Source: Bythopirellula sp. (lineage in GTDB: Bacteria; Planctomycetota; Planctomycetia; Pirellulales; Lacipirellulaceae). From it: DNA of 64,000 nucleotides. Shown here in pieces: positions 51,093 through 59,475 of the stretch (its first letter is position 1; each line of letters starts with the position of its first letter). The position numbers and the translations under genes are program-made. The DNA is taken from positions 3,968,001-4,032,000 of the forward strand of contig OZ244170.1 of the NCBI GenBank assembly GCA_965216565.1, in the 5' to 3' direction. A model generated the notes under the pieces. It searched no databases. It saw only the letters and a program-made list of their open reading frames with translations, and had not been told where the DNA came from.

Positions 51093-52076
51093 TCATCGGA
51101 GATCACTCCTTAAATCGATAGCGGCCATGAGAGACTTGAGCAACCGAAGGAACCACACAAAGGCAACGATGGCCGCCACAAGTATCGTTATGCCGAGAAT
51201 TCCCAAGACAATCCCAGCTTCCTGATCTCCCAAAACCACACTAAGAATACCAATTCCAACGGTGCCGAAGAATAATACGACACCGAAGATTATGAATCTC
51301 GCCGCACTGCGAGCCAAAACATCGTCATCAAGATGTATTGCCGTGCGGCGAATAAACAGAATGAAGAAAACGTTTCCAATAGTTGAGCAGAGGCTTCCGA
51401 GAGACTTGAGAGCCTCTGACTCCATCCCACTACCAAACATAGAAAGGCCTGCACTTGCCATCGTGCAGAAAAAGGCGGTCAACGCAAAAGCACGGGCTCC
51501 ACTGTTTGCAGGAACCGCGGTGGTCCGCGCTTGTCCAATGAGTATGGTTAGGCCGGCTCCTAGAATGGTCAGTCCGGCAACTCCGAATACTGTTAGAAAC
51601 AAGACTGACGGAGCCTTGTTATCTTCTTCCACAAAGGCACCAGTCACCATCAGTGCCACCATCATCGCAACGAAGCAGACAAAGACAATGACTATGCCGT
51701 AATAGATATTCGCCAATCCTCCTCGGACCTTATACCAACTGGGATCATTCGGATCGAATGCTCCGCCACTCGTCCTGGCCATCGATTTATCGAAAATCGT
51801 GCTGCAAAAACGGCACTTCACGGCCGTGCGAATGATCATCTCGCCACACGCGGGACAAGGCTTACGTTCGTCTTGGTCCTCTTCCCCAGCAGTTGTTTCT
51901 TCCTCACCATAGCCTCCGAGAGGCGATGCGATTGGCTCGAGTGCGTCGTCCTCTTGTTGAGGGCCGGGGATCTGCAACATACCGCCACACTTGGGGCATT
52001 TCGCGCGCTTGCCGGCAGCAGAGTCGGGCGTGCTGAGTTTACTTCCACAGCCGCTGCAAGTCACTTCGATGGGCAC
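51093..52076 (-). CDS. Double zinc-ribbon multi-TM protein (paralog B)
   Basis: CSGC...CPKC and CPAC...CRFC; about 6 hydrophobic segments. Confidence 0.85.
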   Translation of the reverse strand: MPIEVTCSGCGSKLSTPDSAAGKRAKCPKCGGMLQIPGPQQEDDALEPIASPLGGYGEEETTAGEEDQDERKPCPACGEMIIRTAVKCRFCSTIFDKSMARTSGGAFDPNDPSWYKVRGGLANIYYGIVIVFVCFVAMMVALMVTGAFVEEDNKAPSVLFLTVFGVAGLTILGAGLTILIGQARTTAVPANSGARAFALTAFFCTMASAGLSMFGSGMESEALKSLGSLCSTIGNVFFILFIRRTAIHLDDDVLARSAARFIIFGVVLFFGTVGIGILSVVLGDQEAGIVLGILGITILVAAIVAFVWFLRLLKSLMAAIDLRSDLR

Positions 52077-52149
52077 TAGTTAATTCCCCTACGTTGAAAA
52101 GTCAGTCTTCGGAATCAAGAGTACGTCGCTATCCTCAGGGCGTTTCTTC

Positions 52150-52286
52150 CTAGAACCAGTTTCAAAAACCGAAAACAGTTCTATGTAAGCCGACGGCGTT
52201 AGCCGCGGGTGGCGTAAGTCTAGGTGTTGTTCTGATGCTACCCGACGCTAGCGCGGTCGGCTCATTGGTTTTGAAACAGCTTCTAG
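52150..52286. mobile_element. MITE-like element with an internal REP-like palindrome
   Basis: Terminal inverted repeats CTAGAACCAGTTTCAAAA / TTTTGAAACAGCTTCTAG (16/18 match); internal imperfect inverted repeat 52187-52210 / 52240-52263; no ORF. Confidence 0.7.
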
Positions 52287-53350
52287 GCATTCTTAGACTC
52301 CTTTAGGGAGAACTCCAATACAGTTTTCCCAAGGACAATCTGATCTCCATCTTCCAGAATCCGGTTGGTTACGGGAATACCATTCACGTAGGTTCCCTCA
52401 GGCGAATCGCAATCTTCGATCACAAACCGGCCTCCTCGATTGACGATCTGCGCGTGCCGAGGTTCGATGGCGTCGTCTTTGAATAGATAGATATCAGCCT
52501 TGGGCGAACTTCCCAAGAAGGTGGTGTCCTTGAAAAGGATAAACTGCTTGCCGGCCAACGGGCCCTTACGCATCATTAGCCAAGCGGTCTTTGTCCAGCC
52601 CTCGACAAGTCCGACAAACAATCCGACCGACGCACCAATCACGGCAAACCCAACGCCACGGCTATACGTGGCCTGTCCGTCTTCGGTAAGCAGCACCAGG
52701 CTAATGGGATCGAAAAGCAGACCCCCCAGCAATCCACCCAGTACCGCGCCGACTAGGCCATTGATGATTACTTTTTTCTCGCGCAACGCAATGCCTTGGC
52801 CAATCCCGGCAGGAATCGAGACTATAGCCCACGCCGCTCCACGGCCCATCATCAATACCAATAGAGCGAGCCCTGTGGGCATGACATTGGGATCGGGATC
52901 TTCCCATAGACTTTCTGCCAAAACGCTCATGATTCCAAATACAAATCCTGTGGGGATCAGAGCCATGACTCCACCAAGGAACCCAACGCCGAGTCCCACG
53001 AAGCCACAACGAATTGCCCGCAGAGGATTTCGGCAGATGATCCCTTCGGCAGAGCCCAAGAGCAGGCCAATGAAACCAGCAACCGTGGGGAACAGTAGGA
53101 GCTTGGCGGCCAAGCCTTCATCTTCCAGATCGTTGTCGTCGACCCAGGGTTCCAAAATTCCCCACCCGATGAGACCACCCACCATGGCGGCGAGGGAGAG
53201 ATAGAACCAGTTTGCGTAAATCACCTTCACGATCCACGACTGATGTCCCATCTCGCCGAGGTCACGGCTGAGGTATTGCTGCATCTCGACGTATTGCTCA
53301 ACGTCGGGTGAATGCAGATCAGTGGACGTGATACGGATTGGATCCGACAC
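52283..53350 (-). CDS. Multi-TM membrane protein with C-terminal FHA domain
   Basis: About 6 Gly-rich TMs; FHA-like FLGSSPKADI...PRHAQI...GTYVNG...LEDGDQIVLG. Confidence 0.85.
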   Translation of the reverse strand: MSDPIRITSTDLHSPDVEQYVEMQQYLSRDLGEMGHQSWIVKVIYANWFYLSLAAMVGGLIGWGILEPWVDDNDLEDEGLAAKLLLFPTVAGFIGLLLGSAEGIICRNPLRAIRCGFVGLGVGFLGGVMALIPTGFVFGIMSVLAESLWEDPDPNVMPTGLALLVLMMGRGAAWAIVSIPAGIGQGIALREKKVIINGLVGAVLGGLLGGLLFDPISLVLLTEDGQATYSRGVGFAVIGASVGLFVGLVEGWTKTAWLMMRKGPLAGKQFILFKDTTFLGSSPKADIYLFKDDAIEPRHAQIVNRGGRFVIEDCDSPEGTYVNGIPVTNRILEDGDQIVLGKTVLEFSLKESKNA

Positions 53351-53355
53351 AAAGA

Positions 53356-54573
53356 CTACCTTTCGTCCGGTTCTGGCGAATCGGGAACTTCTAGTTCGGG
53401 TTTACGAGGCTCGAGACTTGGTGCCGCGGGAAGTTTATCTGCCAGGGGAATCGGGGTTGTTTGTTTTTTAAGATTCGATTCCGGAACTGTTCCTTTCTCG
53501 TCGCTTTGCGATTTCCTCTCTTTGTCCGCTTGCTCGAGTATCTTTAGCTGCTTGGCTTGGAGACGTCTGGAAAGCTCCGCCAGGGCCCGGCGTTCGCGGT
53601 CGTCGAAGCTGTATCTTGAGCTAACCTCGTCCAGCCGCTTCGATATTCCCAAGAGATTTCCGATCAGCAGTTTGCGATCGTTGGCGAGTTCTTTGAGTTG
53701 CTCCTCGGAGAGTTCGTTGGTCTCGGTCGGCATCGATTTCATCTGCTTGGTGGCAGAGGCCAGAAATTTCTGCACCTCGGCCAGTTCTTCGCGCAAGCCA
53801 AGTTTCGTCAGGCGGAAATCGGTGTAGTTGAACACCACACCGTCGACAATCGCTTGACGCTCCCAGGAAGACTTCATGCCGGCAAGCAGATAGCCCAAAA
53901 GGAACAACGCCAACAGGGCCAGCGGCGTCGCCGCATACGAAAAGAATCCAGGTTCCTCAGCGGGGCCGATTCCATTAGCACCCTGTGCGTTTGCCGAACC
54001 CTCCTTGGCAGCCTCGGCGGCGGGATTGCGGATGCTGGCTTCGACGGTGCGAATGGTATTGCCAATCCAATAGTGACTGATGGGAGTCGGCTTACCATTT
54101 TTCCAGGCAAAGACTCCCTCTAAATCTCTCACTGGATCGACAACATAGGCGACTTGGCCGGGACCCGAGAAAAAATGCTCGTGGATGAAGCAGTCGCGGT
54201 CGGAGAGGAAAATGCCGAAGTCGGGATGCGAATGGTACCAGCCGACAATCCGTTTGTCTTCGAATCGAGAATCCATCTCGCTATTGATCTGGCTCCACGA
54301 TTCGTGCGTGAAGGTGACCTCGGCAAATTTGCTAGTGGCGCTCTCGCAGCGAATGAAATCTTCGGCCACAGCATAGGGACCATCGTCGTCCTGGTACCAC
54401 AATCCGACCAGCACCCCGCAGATTTCAACGGAGGTGTCTTGCTTGGCATGCTTGGATATTCCTTGATGGACCTCAGGCGAAATGTGAAATCGAAAATCCG
54501 ACTTGCCACTGGCAGGAAACTGGCTTTGCTGGAGTTGTTCGTCGGCCAAGCCTCCGACATCAATATCACTCAT
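53356..54573 (-). CDS. JAB/MPN (JAMM) isopeptidase with TM and coiled coil
   Basis: EICGVLVG; WYHSHPDFGIFLSDRD (HxHx7Sx2D); TM ATPLALLALFLLGYLLAG; likely ATG at 54573 overlapping the E1 stop. Confidence 0.92.
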   Translation of the reverse strand: MSDIDVGGLADEQLQQSQFPASGKSDFRFHISPEVHQGISKHAKQDTSVEICGVLVGLWYQDDDGPYAVAEDFIRCESATSKFAEVTFTHESWSQINSEMDSRFEDKRIVGWYHSHPDFGIFLSDRDCFIHEHFFSGPGQVAYVVDPVRDLEGVFAWKNGKPTPISHYWIGNTIRTVEASIRNPAAEAAKEGSANAQGANGIGPAEEPGFFSYAATPLALLALFLLGYLLAGMKSSWERQAIVDGVVFNYTDFRLTKLGLREELAEVQKFLASATKQMKSMPTETNELSEEQLKELANDRKLLIGNLLGISKRLDEVSSRYSFDDRERRALAELSRRLQAKQLKILEQADKERKSQSDEKGTVPESNLKKQTTPIPLADKLPAAPSLEPRKPELEVPDSPEPDER

Positions 54574-55780
54574 GCCTTGCTCCCCCATTTGCTGTCGGAT
54601 CCTGCAACAACGGCCCCAGCAATTCTTGCCGGTCTCCTGCAAATTCGTAGTATCTCGCGTCCATGCCCGCACGTCCTGCTAGGATATCCCATGGTGGGAT
54701 TCCGAGTTCGCCGAGTGTTCGATCAAGCAGAGACGAGTCTTCGCCTAGCGTGTGATAAATATTGGGAGTGCGCGGTTCGTTGCATTTTTTGCAGCGGCCC
54801 TGGTCTTCAGAGACTTTACCTAGCGAGGTATAGATTTCCTCGGTCTCATCACAATTAGTACAGGTAAGTGTGGCCAGGAGGTCTTGATTGGTTTCAATCA
54901 CCGCTGCGGCTCCCAAGTCGGATCGGACGCGCTCCAAGAACTCGCCCACGGTTGTCTTTGCAATCTGCCAGTCTAGTTCTTCCACCGGTTCGTAGGGCTC
55001 ATGCGAGGGGCACTCCTCAAGTCTTGAATAGCTCACCAGATAACTTTGGTGATTGGTGCCATCGAGCACGAATCCTTGTCCGGCAATCGACGGTAGTTGA
55101 TGTAGCATTTTTACTGCTTCTTGCACCTGAATGCCAGCAATTATTGAGGAAGAAGTTGGCGTGGTGGGTACTTTCCCCTGTTGCATCTCTTCGCGAGTGA
55201 GCAGTGCGCAACTCCTACGGGCCTCAAGCATTTGCCAATCGATCTCGCTCATGGTGCATTCGTAACACGGCCCCGAGGCGGCGTCGAATACCCGCGCAAC
55301 CCCGTCGAGCCGTTCGATAGCTCCATCGATCCACGGTTTCCCAACCCTAGCTGCCGATAGATTGATGGCCACGCGAGCCTCGCGATTGTCGAGACCGCCG
55401 AGAATCACATCAGCCCAGCGATAAACTCCCAAACCCAAATCATAAACGATGTTGCCTTGGAACGACTGGGTGCGAAGCTCAGGATAGATGTCCCGTGCGC
55501 GTTCCGTAGCCACTTCCGCTTTGGCCCGGCCACAATCATCGCCGCGGTACAGAACAGAACGAGACAGATTCGAGTTTTCAATGGTATCCAAATCGGCAAC
55601 GAACATCTTGCCCACGCCGAGAAGGGCCAAGTTTTTGATGATTTCGTTTCCCAGTGCCCCCGCACCAATCACCAGAGCTTTCGAGGAAGTTAGAAGCTGT
55701 TGATCCCACCAACCAATCAGATCGAAGCGAGAGAAGCGTCCTTCCTCTAGCGCCGAACCAATCTTAATGGGATCCGTCAT
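54566..55780 (-). CDS. E1/ThiF-family ubiquitin-like activating enzyme
   Basis: IGAGALG, DLDTIENSNLSR, LDNREAR, CYEC, RSC (candidate catalytic Cys), CPSH, extra CTNC...CKKC; GGAG RBS before ATG 55780. Confidence 0.92.
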   Translation of the reverse strand: MTDPIKIGSALEEGRFSRFDLIGWWDQQLLTSSKALVIGAGALGNEIIKNLALLGVGKMFVADLDTIENSNLSRSVLYRGDDCGRAKAEVATERARDIYPELRTQSFQGNIVYDLGLGVYRWADVILGGLDNREARVAINLSAARVGKPWIDGAIERLDGVARVFDAASGPCYECTMSEIDWQMLEARRSCALLTREEMQQGKVPTTPTSSSIIAGIQVQEAVKMLHQLPSIAGQGFVLDGTNHQSYLVSYSRLEECPSHEPYEPVEELDWQIAKTTVGEFLERVRSDLGAAAVIETNQDLLATLTCTNCDETEEIYTSLGKVSEDQGRCKKCNEPRTPNIYHTLGEDSSLLDRTLGELGIPPWDILAGRAGMDARYYEFAGDRQELLGPLLQDPTANGGARHE

Positions 55781-55796
55781 AAGAACTCCGTCCGAT

Positions 55797-56117
55797 TCAG
55801 TCGCACCCGACGCCAAGGATTGTGCATGGAGAATGGAACAGACGCCCCACCCCGGCGGTTATTTCCGGCTGGAGTCTAAGGATATCACCCTCTTCGACGT
55901 GGGCGGATTCCAGCGTGTCTGTATCCAAGAGCTGCCGGCCAGATTTTTTGTGATGAAACTTGTAGCTCATTGCCTGACCATCCGGGCTGTGTCGAGGCAG
56001 ATTCATGCGATCGATCAAGACGGCAATCAGACGATTCACTTCGGCATCGGGAGGAACTTCTACCAATTGACGTTTGTTGCCGGTTGCGTCCCAGACTTCG
56101 ATTTTGATATCACTCAT
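55797..56117 (-). CDS. Ubiquitin-like beta-grasp protein (YukD/EsaB-like) with C-terminal extension
   Basis: Ends its fold with TLESAHVEEGDILRLQPEITAG, then 17 further residues; ATG at 56117; first gene of the E1/E2/JAB operon. Confidence 0.87.
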   Translation of the reverse strand: MSDIKIEVWDATGNKRQLVEVPPDAEVNRLIAVLIDRMNLPRHSPDGQAMSYKFHHKKSGRQLLDTDTLESAHVEEGDILRLQPEITAGVGRLFHSPCTILGVGCD

Positions 56118-56505
56118 ACGCTGCATTCTCGAACGTCTATTGAATTTCTTACTTGGTCCTTGAATCGCCACGAGGCCACTACTTCAACCATTGCAGAGAA
56201 TTAGGCGAAGCATAAGCAATTGCGGTTATGTAGATTTTAACCACATGTTTTGTGTGTACTACAGCAGATTTGCACTACTTTCTTGGGTGATCGTCCGCTG
56301 GGAGGATGCAACAAGGCATTCGCAAGAAGTTCTTCCAGTGATAGAGTTTAGCTGTGCTTGTTGGCGAAGCCACGATCACCATGCCCGTGCCAGAAGTCTA
56401 CTGTGCCACGTTCCTTTAGCATTGCCTTGAAAAGTAATAATCCAAATTGAGTTCGAAAGAGGACCAGTCAGCGATTTGGATGAAAACGAACCGTCGCGAT
56501 GCCAA

Positions 56506-56578
56506 TAGCCGGCCCACCACTGTCTACCCGCCGTGGTGGGCGGTCCGAGGGACAGCGAAGGCAGGTATGCTTCCGACA
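56506..56578. repeat. Palindromic dispersed repeat, copy 2
   Basis: Shares the 30 bp core and flanking similarity with 30577-30650. Confidence 0.8.
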
Positions 56579-56764
56579 GTAAATTGAACTCTAAGTCACG
56601 ATTATGTCGCCCTTGTCTCTTTCATTGGCAAGGTGCTAGCTAGCTCGATTACGCTCTTCACCTAGGCCGAAGTTGTCTTAACGGCTCAGGGCGATTCTGC
56701 TAGTATCCGCCCCGCTCTTTAGAGAGCCAATCAATCTCAAGTATGTTGCTATTCCAGTGAGACT

Positions 56765-57592
56765 ATGATGTCGAATCCATTGACGGTCCTCATTCCTTGT
56801 AAGGATGAACGCCTCAACATTGTGCCCTGCATTGAATCCATTCAATCGTTTGCCGACGAGATTCTGATAGCGGATTCAGGCTCAACCGATGGCACTTTAG
56901 AATTGGTTCACAAGCGTGGTGACTGCCGTGTGATCGAACGCGAGTACATCAACTCGGCCGACTTCAAGAATTGGGCGATTCCGCAGGCGAGTCATCCCTG
57001 GGTTCTTATTCTGGACGCTGATGAACGGATCACAGAGGAACTAGCGGCAGAGATTCGGCAGACACTTGCGAACCCTGCCGTTGAGATCGATGGCTATTGG
57101 ATTGGAAGACAAAATCACTTCGTGGGTCACCGCATCAATCATTGTGGTTGGAATCGAGACGGGGTGATACGGCTTTTTCGGCGCGACGACGTGCGTTATC
57201 AAGAGCGCTGGGTACATGCCAAGATGGAAATTGAGCCGGAAAGGGTAGCTCGCCTCAAGGAAACGATGTTGCATTACACAACGTGGTCGACCGACGACTA
57301 TTGCGAAAAGTTGAATCGCTATGCGAACTGGACGGTCAACAACTACGTGGCCAAGGGACGTCAGCCGAGTGTGCTATCGATGTTTCTGGCGGCACCGCTA
57401 CGATTCTTACAGCTTTACTTGTTGCGAGGCGGGATTCTCGATGGCGCCCCCGGTTTTCAGGTATGCATGTATTCGGCGTTCTACTCGTTTATGAAACAGG
57501 CCAAGCTATGGGAAGTGAGCCACGCCCGATTAGAGCCAGGTGCCGAACCGAGGCTGGCAGTTCACGCGAAAGACACAGCCGACGCCGCGTAG
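56765..57592 (+). CDS. Glycosyltransferase family 2 (KdtX/WaaE-like)
   Basis: LTVLIPCKDE, ADSGSTDGT, WVLILDADE, RLFRR, VH, LHY, ILDGAPG. Confidence 0.92.
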   Translation: MMSNPLTVLIPCKDERLNIVPCIESIQSFADEILIADSGSTDGTLELVHKRGDCRVIEREYINSADFKNWAIPQASHPWVLILDADERITEELAAEIRQTLANPAVEIDGYWIGRQNHFVGHRINHCGWNRDGVIRLFRRDDVRYQERWVHAKMEIEPERVARLKETMLHYTTWSTDDYCEKLNRYANWTVNNYVAKGRQPSVLSMFLAAPLRFLQLYLLRGGILDGAPGFQVCMYSAFYSFMKQAKLWEVSHARLEPGAEPRLAVHAKDTADAA

Positions 57593-57632
57593 AAATGAAG
57601 CGAATTGCTTAGGCCTGCGTTTTCAAGCATGC

Positions 57633-59231
57633 TCAGGCCGCTTGTTGCGACTCTTCGGGAACCGGCACTTCATCGCCCGCCGATCGCTCTAGATAGATGA
57701 GCGTATTCTCGTGGGTGTAAGTCTCCAGCGCAGCCAGCAGGCACGTATGCAGTCCCGCCCATCCATCACGCCAACCAGATCGCAATAGATACGTCTTGAA
57801 GAATGTAGCCACCGTCCTACTCAGCATTCTCGACGGAGTGGACTGCTGCCCTTGTAAGAAGACTCGTCCAGCATTCGTAGTCGCAAGTGCGACACGCTCC
57901 TCAATTCTCTTTGCCGGATTGTCCGACGTTTGCACGGCTAAACGAGAGCGAAGTGCCCCAGTACATTCGCTCGGGATTTTCAGTTCAGGCAAACCATCTA
58001 TTAGGCAATAGCTTCCGACTTCGTGCCGAAAAAGTCGCAAGGAGTCGGACCGTTGAAACCCACCGTAGCGAAGGTGCGTGCCCTGCACGCAAGGTGTCGT
58101 GCCGACTATGTACCCATCCTTGGTGGGATTAAAGATTAAGGTGTGCTGCACCTGCCGACCCAGCTCGGGGTTGAGGTGTTCGTTACCCCTTACCTGCAAG
58201 ATCCATGGATGCTGTGCCTGCTGACGCGCGAACTCGAGCGCCTCGCACTGATTACAAGTTGGGCTCTGAATGATACGGCCTATGCCCTGGCTGCGGACGA
58301 TATCGAGCGTACCGTCGGACGATCCCATATCGACAACTAAGATTTCGTCGGCAAAGTCGCGCACCGATTCCAAACAGCTGGCGATTGTCGATTCGTTATT
58401 AAAACTAGAAATCAGTACTGAGAAGAGTTGTGAGCCGCTGTTTTCTCGTGGGCGAGCCTCGCCTAAAAATTGCCTGGCCTCGTCGGACTGTTCGATTAGT
58501 TTGGCTGCGAAGGGTTTCTTGAGAATGGCTTGCCGTACGATTTCTGCAGCCCCGGGATTGGATCGCCAGTTGCGTGGATGGAGCAAATCGCGGACGTCCC
58601 TGCCCTGCCGTTTCCGGAAGCGATGACAATGTTTTCGATATCGTGCGATGCTTTCCAAATCGATCAGCCAAACCTTGTCTTGCGGATCGACCAGTAGGTT
58701 CTCCGCCTTCAAATCCTTGTGAGCAACTTTCAGCTCGTCGAGTCGCTGGAGAATGTCTGCAATTTGCTCCCCGATCGTTTGCATTCTCGCAGCGCTGGGA
58801 TTTTCGTGACGCAGGAGTCGATAGAGTGTGGTGGACTCCACATGATCGGTAAGAAAGTACGACCGTGTTTTCAACGGTCCCACGGTGGTTTCGATACAGG
58901 CCCGAGGTCGCGGCGTAGGCACTCCGAGATTGTATAGATACGTGCTATTTTGCATCGATCTGCGGGCAGTTGTTTTAGACAAAGCATTCTTGGCACGCGT
59001 GCCGAGATCATTGAGATCTTGGCATTTGTAGACGTACTCTCCCGCGCGATCCCGTATCTGGACGACCTTGCAGCTCAATTTCACATGCAAGGGCTCGCCC
59101 TCGGCCAATTGAGCGTAAGGGTCCTGCCACAGTTTTTCGGCCAATTCCTCTGGTAGTTGGCTGTCCCAGAGCATTGCGCGTTGGAGGGAGCGGCGCTTTA
59201 GGACCTGCAGCTTTTGAAACTGATCTGTCAT
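57633..59231 (-). CDS. LPS/Kdo kinase-like (WaaP/InaA-type) fused to a GT2-like domain
   Basis: GVPTPRP, HKDLKAENLLV, WLIDLE; then FSVLISSFNNE, VDMGSSDGT, GWRDGWAG; start 59231 or 59264. Confidence 0.82.
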   Translation of the reverse strand: MTDQFQKLQVLKRRSLQRAMLWDSQLPEELAEKLWQDPYAQLAEGEPLHVKLSCKVVQIRDRAGEYVYKCQDLNDLGTRAKNALSKTTARRSMQNSTYLYNLGVPTPRPRACIETTVGPLKTRSYFLTDHVESTTLYRLLRHENPSAARMQTIGEQIADILQRLDELKVAHKDLKAENLLVDPQDKVWLIDLESIARYRKHCHRFRKRQGRDVRDLLHPRNWRSNPGAAEIVRQAILKKPFAAKLIEQSDEARQFLGEARPRENSGSQLFSVLISSFNNESTIASCLESVRDFADEILVVDMGSSDGTLDIVRSQGIGRIIQSPTCNQCEALEFARQQAQHPWILQVRGNEHLNPELGRQVQHTLIFNPTKDGYIVGTTPCVQGTHLRYGGFQRSDSLRLFRHEVGSYCLIDGLPELKIPSECTGALRSRLAVQTSDNPAKRIEERVALATTNAGRVFLQGQQSTPSRMLSRTVATFFKTYLLRSGWRDGWAGLHTCLLAALETYTHENTLIYLERSAGDEVPVPEESQQAA

Positions 59232-59475
59232 GCGGCTTTGCTTCAAGCAGTTGCGTGTGCTCACTTGCGAATGCCAGTGCTAGCACGTGAGAGTACGCGA
59301 TTATTTCTTAATATTGCGACCTGTTTGGCCGACGATGTTAACTCTTGCGGCCTGGGCAGCCGATACCAATTCTATCGGTTGGAGGGCCTACTGCCGCCTA
59401 TGCAAAAAGTGCGGCAGGAGACGTTTTGTTGTCAGTAGCGTTCATGTGTCATCCAATAGAAGAGCGACTGCGAGT

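Noticed and set aside
54566..56117. Reading E1 and Ubl as ThiF/MoeB and ThiS/MoaD sulfur transfer
   Set aside because: No thiamine, molybdopterin or cysteine synthase genes nearby and no rhodanese domain; E2 and RING genes are in the same operon
43604..56117. Calling the locus CBASS, Pycsar or type VII secretion
   Set aside because: No cyclase/CD-NTase, FtsK-type ATPase or WXG100 gene seen
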